Program-made: the position numbers and the translations under genes
The notes under the pieces: model-generated
Databases searched by the model: none
Told to the model about the DNA's origin: nothing
Seen by the model: only the letters and a program-made list of their open reading frames with translations
Source: Botryllus schlosseri
Lineage: Eukaryota
DNA: 64,000 nucleotides
Reading direction: 5' to 3'
Assembly: GCA_051294905.1 (NCBI GenBank)
Contig: CM119379.1
Coordinates: 16,492,001 to 16,556,000, forward strand
Shown: positions 48,141-61,100 of the stretch, one piece after another
Layout of the letters: each line of letters opens with the position of its first letter
Position numbering within the stretch: the first letter of the stretch is position 1

Positions 48141-50301
48141 TGGCGGCGTAGAGGGGAACAATTGAAATAGATAAAATCCAAGATGGCTCTACTAAATATC
48201 AATGTTGCAGTAAAACACTCAGTATAGCTCAGTGAAAACACTTCTTAATTTCATTGAAATTGTGTAATTTGTAGAGAAGCCAATAATCGTCTTATAATAT
48301 AGAAAGAGTTGGGATTTCTATGCATCTATATACATTATACACGGGTAGTTGATGAATTGTCAGAATATTATATTATGAGGTGTCCTATTGTCATAGCCAG
48401 GCCATCTTATTTTTCGAATTCGACAATCCTACTTACTTAAAGAACCGAGGCAAATTCATGGGTAATAATAATTGTTGAGTTGTATTTTCATCTGAACAAG
48501 ACACACACAATGTTAAATGAGATATAACACAATGCAATGTAATGAACGGATAGTTGATAGGAGGATGCCGAACGACGCGCGTTGCGGTCTTTTAAACTGA
48601 CATCCGCCTCGGCCGTCACTGTTCTTCTCGATGCTGATCTTTTTGAAGCCGCAGGCCTGTCTAGTTATTTCCATTCCCTGTAAGTGCTTTCTTTCGTCGG
48701 GGCTTATGTCGCCGTAAGAACGGGTCGCTCAAGGTAGACTTCTGTTTTGTAGTAGCGGTAGGCCTATCTATCCGAACCTTTTTTAAATTTCATATTGTCA
48801 GCAGTGTTATCAGGCCGATGCGCGGAATAGCTTACTTTACCCATTGTGACTGGATTGAAGCCCAACGATAAGAACAAATACAGCTTTTTCGGTATTTCCG
48901 TATCACGTCCTGAGATAAATAGTACACGTCTCCTGTAATCGTGTGGTATAGTCGGGCCGAAACAGTACTCCGTCAGCCCCGCCCCCCCAAAAAAAACGTT
49001 AGCCTTGGACCCCCATGTGATGATAAAACAAACTTCTGGCCCTGTCCCACCCCCTTCACGACGGGCCTTTGTATACTAGTAGCAGAGAGCACGTTTTCCT
49101 GGTGTAGGTGACATGTCTGTGTAGTGTGTATGTGTACGTAGTCGGGCGAAGCGCGAAAAAATCATACTAACGATTGTAAATCTTCTCTTAGTAATTGCTT
49201 GCATTGCTACTAATTTTTCATCGTCTCCACAAGTCCACGTGAGCAGATTTACTGGTAGAGTTCAGGGAGGAGAGTTCAGATAGCAAGCGCAGGACTATTT
49301 CGCACCAATAACAGACATCAATTGACAATAGGCTATATGTAGGGGAGACCGGGGACAAATCTAACAAGGGGCAAATGTAACAATCGGGTGGAGAAATGTC
49401 CTAACATACCTGAAGTTACGTTGAGCTACGACGAGAAACCCCGGAATAATTTTTTTTTAAGTATTTTCAGGTCTGGATTAATTTGTTCAGAAGAATAATA
49501 CCTCAAGTGGTTACAACGCAATACCGTACATGTAGCTGAAACAATGTTACCTTAGTCCACCGTGATAATAGAAAAACTAGGACTTGTATCGCCGGTAAGG
49601 TACCATACTGTGACATTAATCATGGTCCGGATTCAGTGATGAGCCTGTGATAAATCACCGAAATTTATCGAGACGTGAACTTTTCGAATCTTCAAGCTTG
49701 CCTGAGCTATATAACGGTCCAGATCCGACTTTTCTGGAAACAAACAGCAATCATCGCCACACTCTTATAGCGAAAAGAGCATGTATATTGTATATCGTAT
49801 ATCCACACCCAAGGGGAGTACACGAAAACAGAACCTACCTAAGAATCATATCACGGTAATAAATCCTACGTGCCTAGCTGCCTATACGTCCATACCTTCC
49901 TAATACATTCCTACGTGCGTGCATAAATTGGATTGAAACGTTGTACTCGATTTATAAGACGTTATAAGTCTGAGGTAGGTTCTGATTTCGTGTGTCATCG
50001 GTGTATTTTCACACCCATACATCGGGGGTGGTAAGCAGGTGAAAATACACTCATTTGTCATTAGTCACTAAAAATGCAGTCACAAAAATCATGATCCGCA
50101 TAGATAAGCAATACCTAAAAGCAGCAATATAGCAACGGCCTATATTCAGTTAGTGTTGGATAGTGGATATCTTCTCAACCAGTTTTCATGGGATCAATTG
50201 TGTACAGTACAATGTACATTCGAGAGCCTGCATTCGGCGCATACCAGTTGCGATGTTTACTCTTTGTCACTAGCACGCGTGAAACCATCTAGTCATATAA
50301 T

Positions 50302-51063
50302 CAGGGTTGCCATACCGTCCTTATTCCTAAGATTTGTCCTTATTTTGAAGGGCCACGTCTTAGAAAACTCAACTGTCCTTATTTCTAAGAAATGTCCTTG
50401 TTTTTGACTTGCGTCCTTATATTGTCTTATTTTCAACCACTACAGAGCTTCCATCGTTTTCCTCTGGTATTTCATTGCATAATATTTTAAAATTATGCTT
50501 TTGCGTCAAGATTTTATGACATCATAAATGAAAGGAACTCTCGTGACGTACACAGTAGGCCTACACACCACAGGATTTGACTTCTAAGTGGTGAGATAGC
50601 TAGGGGAGTGCGGAGTGGTGATATATAGCAGTCTCGGCTGTGCCAAGCTACCGCAGCGGACGTCATTTTAGCAGTAAACAGCAGTAGCCTAGGTTACTGC
50701 TGTTTAGTCTACGGCAGAATAAGCTGTAGGGAAGGTAGCATTTATTGCGTAGTGAAAAAAAAGGCACAGTACAGTCGACACATTGGTTAAAAAATAGTAA
50801 AGCTATAAATTATTCCTAAATTTATCTAAATTATATTGCACTTGCGCATATAGGTAAAGGAAAACCTAGACCTGAGCTGTCGTTGAGATTCATGAAGCAC
50901 TCTTTAAGAGGTTTCTGGGGCAGATTGTTTCTGGCGAAAAGTATGGAATGTGATATGCCAGCCATGGCTCGTGTAAATACAAATTCTGTACGAAAACGCT
51001 TTTTCATGCTAATCTAATTTTTCGACTGTCCTTATTTTTAAGTCCATGTCGATGGCAACCCTG
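50302..51063. mobile_element. hAT MITE, 762 bp
   Basis: Perfect TIRs CAGGGTTGCCA / TGGCAACCCTG, subterminal GTCCTTATT repeats, and a perfect 8-bp TSD CATATAAT (50294-50301, 51064-51071). Confidence 0.93.
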
Positions 51064-52195
51064 CATATAATTCTGTGTCGCGATTTCGGCCTAGTTCAGA
51101 CCACGTACTCGAAAACAGCTTAGCAGTGTGTAGCATTAATCTCAAGCCGGAACGAATTTTGGCCGATGTCGTAATTAGGATAGTATGCCCAGAGAAGGAT
51201 GAGTGACCGGAGTTACGTTATTCAGAAGCAGGAATTTGACATACTAAAATTTAGTTGTAGTTCAAATGCAGTTGCTGCTATTACAAGTTTCTAAAGCAAT
51301 ATATGGATTGAACTGTTCTTAACAGTTCTCGCACCACTTCCGGCTGCGAGCACCGAGGTTGAGAACTCCTGTTTCAAAACAACGCTGGCCATGATCCATG
51401 AGCAATTGACCAATGACCATGACATCGTTAATGCAACATATTTGACGTAGAGCGATTGCTGGTGGGTGGACAATTGAACATTGGGCACCATAAGCTTTAA
51501 GTCACATATAGAAGGTCACTGTTTCGTGTTAATAAACTTGCAACTTGGTTTCTGCCGGCTTTAGCGGTCTACGCAGTGCACTATGCTTGCACAGCGCATG
51601 CACAAGACTTCTATCAGCGCTCAACGATAGCTCAGTTACGATAGTTACAATGAGAAAATCGAATATGTCCAGCGCTAAAGCTAATTTCGAAAGTCATTAT
51701 GGCAATAAAATGAAACTATTCTCCGTAGACGACGAAACCTAGGCCTACTTTTCGAAACCAAACTACAAATTCTTCGCCTGTATCACTCGGTGGCATCTAC
51801 AGATGTGTTTCCACATCTTATCACTGTCCTACAAAGCTAGGGGCCTGTGGTGGGCACCGGCACCCCGGCACCGGCAAAGGGTACCGCCGGGCGTAGGATC
51901 GGTAGCTACAGTAGTTGGTAGCTATATATATACCTATACTTACTAGGCCTAGACCACGATGATTCGCTCATATTTCTGAAATTATTAACGAAGATATTTT
52001 TCTAGTTTTGACAAGAATGTTTATTTGAAAATGTGAACATTTGCAATGTTCGAAAGGGAAATAGGAATAGACTAGACGTCGAGAAGGATAAAAACGAATA
52101 TTTGGCCGAGATCCTCGTATAAAAAGCAAACATCACGCTCCAAAATGCGCAAGTCTGATCATTTTTTTTACCTTATGGTTCCTTTGTTTATATGG

Positions 52196-55100
52196 CTAGC
52201 TATTAGATGTCTTCAACGACAAGACAATCACAAACAAAATACAAATATACATAAATACACGAGAAGCTCTATTGCAATGACTTTTGTTGTTGTGATCGCC
52301 ATCAGTTGGGGTTCGCTTTGTTTTTTTCAGCTGGCTGTTTATATCCAATTGCTTCGTACCGCTGGTTGTCGGTAAAGATTCATTAGAGTCATTGGCTGCC
52401 AATTGGTCGAGGAAGTTTTTCACCGCTGTTACGATTACCACCGCCGAATTAAACGGACACAACTCTCGAGACACTCCTCTACACACTAATTTATCATCTA
52501 TCCCTCTCGCTTGATATTGTCTGGCTAATTTTCTGATGTGTCGCTGGACCTCCCCCGACATATGACGGAACTTCAGCCCCTTTCTTATTATATTTCTTCG
52601 AAAATCCGGGAGATGTGGACCGCAGAACGGGTTCCAGCACCTAAAAAGACGAACAGAACTCGTTAGATTACCTGTAATTTCAAACTCTTTAAATATATGT
52701 AGCCTGTATATATCATTGCATAGAGGTCACGTGTTATCACTTCTTAACACTTTGCGAAACGTCTAGTACGCATTTCTTCACTGTCGACGCGATTGGGCAA
52801 TCATCCCGAAAATGATTTTCAAATAGTTGGCATTACCCTTGACGAGTGTCAGCCAAAAATATTCGGGTTCATTTCAATATGAATATACTATTCAAATAGT
52901 TGGCAGTCGATATTATCCAGGAATTTCGCCAAGGGTTAAGAAGTGATGACGCATGACCTCGATACCAGATATTCTAGAATCTAGATTCTAGAATGAATAT
53001 CTTTTAGCTGTAGTTCGCATACGGCGGCTTCCAAATATAATTTAAGACCAGATCATAGTTAGGGCGCAGTGCCCCTTTGAGTTATCACTAGGGCAAGTTT
53101 TTGCAACTGTTTTTACAGCTTCCTAGATACACAGAATATATGTACTATGATGTTGTAAGGTGTTTGGAGGGATTTTATAGCGCAACTTTTTGCAACTTTT
53201 CTCTATTTTCTATCAAATATTGCGTAAAAATGTAAAGAGGTGATTCAAAAACATGCTAAACACTATTTCTAGTATGGTTCTTCTATTCTCTTTAATTTGC
53301 ATAACAAAGAGCTATATGATGGGCCAGTTGCATCTCACTGTCATCTATGGCACAATGGCTTACAAGCAAGAAGTTCAACCACCCTTGCCAAGCACGACCG
53401 TGCCGGAACAATATCTAAATAGATCGCTTCATTAATTCTGTCGTTTAGATTTGAGATAGTTTCCCATTTCACGAACGCCCAGGCGAGACCACCGAAAATT
53501 ACATTATCACTGGTTCACCTTTTTCGGTCTATTGATTAAAGTCGCCAAGAGTGAGTTTTTCTGTAATGCCCTGGCTGAAGTTTGCGGACCTATGGCGTTC
53601 GGGTGTGTTATTTGACTAAGTAACAAATTTGACCGCTCTGCAGGAACTTGGTTGTACAACGGAACCTTTCGAGTATCTCATACCCTAATAATTCAACAAA
53701 AATTATAAATGCAACTTTTTACTGCAACTCTTGTTAAAATTAAGTGCAGCTTTATCGCGATTTTGGTGCAACAAACACTTGCCCTAGTTATTACACAAGA
53801 ACGGAGATAATCGTAAACATACTGACTTATCAAATTTTCGGAAAATGTGCAATCGTCCTAGCATGGCCTGCTACAGGCCTCTAGGTACGCGTGAGCATTG
53901 AGCAATCATCGTATGGTCTACGTCGCTGGTGTCAGAGATTTGTGGCTAAAACTGGTGGTTCCAAACGTGGGCGATTTTGAGAAACAAGGGGGCGATAGAG
54001 GGAAAAATGTTGGAACGTCCGGTGAGTTTAATTAACGCAGCCAAAAAATGCACGTGACGGCGGCTTGTCATGGAAATGACGCGAAAGTTCACTAAAAAAA
54101 GGTCAACTGAACGTAAAGTAGACGCGGAAATCCGATTTTCCGAGCACCTACTCGGAAAAATGACCTTGCCTTAGTCAATAAACCAGCTATCAGAGTTAGG
54201 TGAATAAATTCACAGTTAATATGTCCACTTTTTCGGATTCGTGAATATGGGAGACGAAAATTGATGTAGAGCTTGATAAGGGGGAGATGAGTCGAAAAAG
54301 GTTTGGAACCACTGGCTTAAGCGAATATTTGGCGTGGCACACCGACTGGAGGCTACATTACAGTAATAGATCTGAAAAGATGAAGGATTCCATGCTACAT
54401 GTCATAAAATTTGATGTCAATTTGATGATGAAAACCGGGATAGGTTATATATTTGCCTTGAAATTTCGCATGTTGTTAAATCACTATCCTGCCCATTCCC
54501 CTGCTCAAGTTCTCATCTTCTATTAGGTCATGCCACTATAAGGCAGGTCAGGAGTCAAATCAATTGGACACACGTCGTCGGCGAGATTAATCTTAGTTAA
54601 TTACTTCCGCCGCTCCAGTTTTTGTGCATAGACTATATCCATAAAGCACACAACTAGACAGCTACGTAGTTACCGGTTGTAATTATCAATCACTTAATCA
54701 ACAAGTGAAGAATGAACCAACCTGTCGATACTCAATCTTTTTGAGATCAATAAAAGCATTTCATCTCCGTATTGACAGTGCACCCCTTCAGCTGTGCTGG
54801 CGCAAGATTTCGCTTTTTCGTATAGGTCACAAAGTGAATCATCGCTTGCATTTCTTCTGAAGGTCCTGTGGAAGTTTCGGTAACATTCTTCGACTTGAAC
54901 ATAGTATTGACTTGCGCAGAAACTTCGCGGCCTGAAATTGTGTCAACAAGAATTACAGACGAATACCGATTACGATGTTCTTCAGACTGAAGGAGATGAT
55001 ACAGACATTGCGCACTAACTTCCATAACATTCTATGCCGAAATAAACAAGTCTATGAAATTTCAAAATTTGCAACAAATTGATATTCGAAGGCTGGGCTG

Positions 55101-58100
55101 AGCACCTGTCTACTACAACATCGCGATTGGGACATCGCACCACATAATAACAGGGTGCAAATTAGGTGTTTTCGCACATAATGTTAAAATTTTACTATTT
55201 ATCTTAATTTCTGTTTGGAACTGTCTGCGCTTAAGCAGTAGTTTGGCCTGAAAACACGTTTTTGGCTTAAAAACTGACAAATTTTTACATGAAAAAACTA
55301 GTATTTTACTGAAATCTGGCCCTATGAAAAATTCCAATAGTTACATCACATATTATGGTAGAAATAATTAAAATTTGTTGTAGTACAACGAAAGATACTT
55401 TCCTACATTCTCGGGTAGAAAGTGCCTGTCCGTACTAAGTAGCTTGCCAAGAATGGAGAATAACGTTCGACAGCAGCAGTTGTTGGCTGACAACACTGAA
55501 GTTGTGCGTACACTGATGGTGACACACGATGTTGCTTCATTCCGAATATGCTATCTACACCACAATTTTCCATCATGCGTTTCTTGATATAAGAACCATG
55601 CAATGACCAAGCAGTCTTGCTTCAGTTAGCATATTGCGGTACGTTGACCATAACACCATGTCAACCTATTTGATTCATTTGACCGTTTATGATTCACAAG
55701 GAGCAGACAATGAACCGTCTACAACGGTAGGCCTATAAAGTAGGCGACTAAGCTGTAAAGTATCGAATGATAAGTTCAACGACAGTGCAAAATATACGAT
55801 ACAAACGAAATGCAGAGGACAAATTTTGACCTAACGCTATAATTTTGACAAAATTTTGACATGTCAAAAAAAAAAATCGCCCTACTTATATAAGCGAATT
55901 ATACTTATATTATATTGTTTCAATAAAAACCGATTCGAAGCATAGCCTCAGTAAAGGCAGTTACGGATTCACGAGGAAAATACCTGCTTTTTGATAGAGA
56001 TAGAGACCCATCGTTACAATACTGCGCCTGCAAGTCGTATCGAAAATTAGCCAGTCCAGACTCTCCCTGTCCCAATTCTTGGGGAGAAGGCAAGTCGTAG
56101 CATTTTTCACACTTCGTACGAATGCATTCTTCAAGTTCCTCGTAGACTCTTCTAAATCAACAATCAACTTGTTAATATAACTGCATCATATCGCTCGTTT
56201 CCGTCACACTATGAATAAAATAGCGAGGTCATTGTTCTCTACTACTGATAACTTTCCGACGATTTAAATATCGCAGTATATTCGTTAAAACGTAACGTAC
56301 AGTTCGAAGCGGGATGATCTAATGGTATGAAAATATCACCACTGTGCTATCAATTATACATGTAGGCCTACTTCTTTGATCGGTGACGAGCACCAGAAAA
56401 TGATTGTGGTCTACAGCTATCGAATCGAAGTGTCAGCGACGAGGTATTATCATGTGCTTAATCACACTTCATGTGCTTATCCTAACCAATCATAGGTTAA
56501 CTCTTTCCTAATCTTCGGGCTTATTTGATACCTTAGGGCCGACTCTCGTGAATCTTATGCTTATTTATGCGATGGAGAGACTTTGGTGGGTGAGAAGTGA
56601 TAATATATTACAGAAATGAATATAAGCATAAACCATAAAGAACGCCGATTTAATTCTTCGTTAATTTCCAAATAACTCGTTTTGTTCTGTCTTCATTCAG
56701 ACTGTTCGGCATGTAGCATTTCTTTTTCTCTTTTTTGCAACAAATGAAAATGTTTCTAACTTGAGTATAGCGCCTAGCCCGAGCATATAACATTCAAAAT
56801 CCATAAATGGAACTGACAAGAAGATCTGCGGTAGGTCTTAATGATTATAGCGCTGTGAAATGCATTGAATTTAATTGCAATTGTTGTGAAAAAACTGTCT
56901 GTATGTCTGTCAGAAGCCTAGAGATATCCTCAGTTTAGATATCCCTGTAGAAAAATACATCCCATTTGTAGCAGATGATTCGCTATAGAACGACGATGGG
57001 TATTTTTACCGGCGCGACTAATCTCCAAGCCGATCTAAACAAACTTACAAGCATGCAATATTTATAAAATGTACGCACTGATTCAGGACTCCGAATATCA
57101 TAGTAAATACGACCTACAAGCTACACGCAGTGTTGCACAGCGATGTAATCTTGCGTTATTGATCCAAATATTTCCAATACTTGTATGTTTTTACCGGGAA
57201 AAAGTAATATGTTTTATGTTTCTAGAAATCCAAGCATTGTTTTGCATGGTTTCAAAATAACATAACAGCTGGTAGTGGATACGAAATCCATTCAGTGTAA
57301 TCCACCACCAACGTTGTCCTTGATCACTGTGTTAATTTCTCGAGACAGCCCTATTAATTGGTTCATCATATATATCTATGGGCTTCGCTGTACGTGACCC
57401 ACCAGCCCAGTTGGCTACAACTTTATCAATAAGATTTCTATGCATGCGGGAACTTTCAATTTATCTTCAGTATAATTGTCTCAGGACGGGGTGGAATATG
57501 AAATTAAACGGATCACTATGAAATTACAAGTTATAGATCGACATGCTTCATAACTCATAATGGACTTTGTACTATATTACAGTGCAAGCGACTCTTCAAT
57601 TGCCGATACGAGCGAGACGACGTCCAGTTTTGTTTGCACAGGGATCAATCATTCAGGTTTAAAATCTCAGTGTGGTCTGATTTCTGATTAATTTTCAATA
57701 TTATGATAATGAAGCGGAAAAATTTCACTGTAGGGCAGTGGTTCTTCAACTTTTTCGACAGCGACCCAAATCTTAGTTTTACGTTCTACGGGTATATGAC
57801 TGTCTACTCTGATTGCAAGGACGGGACTATACGGCGTCGACAATTTTGACAGGCGGACATATCAAGATCGAAGGTTTCGGCCAACCAGTGACGGTCATTT
57901 TTGGCCAAGGTTTTATCGCTGCCGATCTTTTTGGCCAGCATGCTTTGCCCAGCCGTATGTTGGCCAAAACTTCATGTCGTCATATGTCCCGGCGCGAAAG
58001 GGGCTGGCCTCGAAATAACTGTGGTTTCCAGATAAACCAATGTCGGTCAAATCTGATCATGAATTCAAACCAATTTGTGTTTTACAAAGGTCAACACATT

Positions 58101-61100
58101 TTCATGCTCAAACCATAGTATGGGGTTTAGTATAGGATTGGTGTAAACGTGAGGTTCACGTTCGTGTTCTGTGTGTGAACCTCAGAAATTTAGAGGTTCA
58201 CGTTCACAAACGAACATTGGTATAGGTTCTGCACTGTGAACCTTTTCATATGTTACAATTTTCACTTCATTGTAACATCCTTGGTTGAAATTTATTGCAT
58301 TTCAACTGCGGGCCACTATATGTATGGCGTCGGTAGCATAAAAAAAATTAACACTAAACGAGCATGCACCTTGACAATCTCAAAAATTGTACTTGCTTTG
58401 TTACAAAATTTTGCTCGGAAATTTAGTGACTCTCTGCTGTGAGCATGACTCGCAATCACACAACATCAAGAACGAAATACACTACATGTAGGTATAGGTA
58501 GTCAGCGAATGATGCCTATTCAACCATTCAATGAAATTGATATCGTTGTCTGATGTAAAAAATCTAGCAGGCGAACGGGATCAATCTTGATTTAATATGT
58601 TTATCGTAAAATAAAAACCAAATCCATGAGGTTGGGGTGTTGGCTGCTGCTGTATAACTCGTTAATGGGGAAATATCGGTTGCAAGTATAGACACCCGTT
58701 GTCCACTCTGCTCAATATCAACGTAGCAACACTCAGACGCTGAATACAGTGTCCGGTCTGGCCTAGACCGTCACGGCGTAATCTACTATTCTCTTGCAAG
58801 CCCTCGTCGAAATAGTTGGCAAAGCGATGGAATAGATTGATTTTATTGATAATTTGATTGCCCCAGTTGATACAATTGGCGACGTCAATATGTAGCCCAC
58901 TTCAGCATTGGGGCATTATGTGGCCCGAGTCGTCGCTAGGTATCGTGTACTGGTGTACATTAATATAGTCTATCACTTCACTGAAATGTAGGGTCGGAAT
59001 TAGCAATATACCGTCACGTGACGTCATGAGGTTCACGTTCGCGTTCACACAGAACCTTTCAAAAAGGTTCGCGTTCACACGAACCTGAACCTTTCAGAGT
59101 TTCACACCATCCGTGCTATAGTACTCAGCATAGTGACTTCGGATAAGGACAAACTATCCAAAGGAAATCGCACGCCGCGCGAAGAATTGTTGTTGTTGCA
59201 AGAAATTCAACAAGTGTTGCATAAATTTTATAATATATCTCCTCTCGAATCCATAGTACGACAGTATCCTACTTTGTAATATGATACTCCGATGTGATTG
59301 CTGATTGCACATGCACAATGTATATATTATGTGGTCATCGTCGGATCCTTGCTGTTATGGTATGCATGTTGGTGCGATATCAATGGTCATTTTAGATCAG
59401 GCTGTTTGGTCTCAGGTTTTACAAGCGTCGCTAACACCTTCTCTACGTACCGAGAACCGATCTCGATCGGACTCGAACGCCTGCCCATTTGGATGTATAC
59501 ACTATTGGCAATCACAGGCAAATTCAAGCAGCAGAACGCCTGTAGCTGTCAAGATTTCAAATGTACTTTATTTATGGTCATAACTATTCTTCTAATGGTG
59601 CCATGCGCGAAAATGACATCGAATTATAAAACATCACGAATATCCATATCATAAAACTGCTGGGACTAGATGTTACGGAAATTTTCAATCCAAAATTGCC
59701 CGGTCGAAATCACATTGTAGTATTGTCTTCTCGCAATTATAAGTCCGAGTGGAACTCAGCCAATTGCAGTGCCTTTTCCAAGTTCTCAATTAAAGTATCC
59801 TATGAAATGCGATGCGATCTCCTAACTAATATAAACTCAAACAAGATGAGTTATGAAATAAGCTCGAATGAGTTCGGCTGACACTCGTCAGAGGTAATCG
59901 TCAGCAACTAGTAGTGAATTGGAAATAACATTGTATATTAACACTCGATGATGAGTTATGTAAATATGACACAAGTCATGTAATATTTGACATTATGATT
60001 TGAGAACGGAAGCTACATATCAGAATCAGAAAAGGAAAAGCCCTGCTGTGATCACCATCAACGAAATTTTAAGCTGATTTTAACAATGCAATATCTGTGT
60101 TTTCGATCTGTTCCTTATCACTTGTCACACTGAAATGCAATGTGTAATAATTGTCTGGCATCTATCATTGATGATCTATGTACCAGCTTCTAAATGATCG
60201 TTGGCAGCGGTATTTGCAGGTTCGGTGCTCCGAGCAACGTTGTAGGCTGCGTATGACGTGCGATTGTAATTGTAGAGCACGGTGTTATTCGCAGCGGTAA
60301 CAGTTGCATAAAATAGGGATGTTGTGAACGTAAGGTTCACGTTCGCTTTCTGTGTGTGAACCTCAAAAATTTAGAGATTCACGTTCACAAACGAACCTAG
60401 GTTCTGCACTGTGAACCTTTTTCAAAAATTACAATTTTTCATGTCATGATAACATGTTGGTTCGAATTCTTTGCGTTTCAACTTCGGACCACTCATAGAA
60501 GATAGACATAGACATATAGAAGATATGGGGAAACTAGAAATCGCCAAGTTTATGTATCAGTTCCACTGCGGTCGTTGTCCCGAAAATTTCAATGACTTTT
60601 TTTTACCTCGGAGTCAAAAGCGCACAAGTACAACACACACGCGTCCACCTCGTCCAAATATCATATGAACGACCGAAAAGATCATCGCTCCATCAAATAT
60701 GCCGGACCTGATGTGTGGAACAGTATCCCGCTGGCTATCCGACAGTCGACGAGCATGTCCACTGTCCACATTCAAGTCGAAATACAAGCAATTACTACTA
60801 AATGAATACTAGAGCATCCTCAAGATTACCGGACCACGACTGACCTATCGATCTCGCCTTCCATGACATGCCACCCCATTTTGTCGCTTACTTTTTTCTA
60901 TACTATCTTCTCTACTTTTCATTCAGTGTGCATGCCTCCTCTTTACATCGCCTAGGCTAAGGTGGGTGTCTGATTCCATAGACTACTCCAAGTCGCTTCG
61001 ACACCTTCCTATCTTTTCATTGTATCGCTTTTTTTGTGGTGTATTGAACCGATAAAATTGCTAATAAACCATTGATGATGCATGGCGCTGGAAGCATAAA

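Noticed and set aside
49338-49385. pogo/Tc1-like terminus TAGGGGAGACCGGGG
   Set aside because: Only one end visible, with no partner TIR or ORF.
51291-51491. 66-aa minus-strand ORF downstream of the cysteine-rich orphan
   Set aside because: No splice support or homology; it lies beyond that gene's stop codon.
59298-59654. Two overlapping plus-strand ORFs (118 and 92 aa) in the large intron
   Set aside because: Non-ATG start for the longer one, no motif and no consistent splice sites; chance ORFs are likely.
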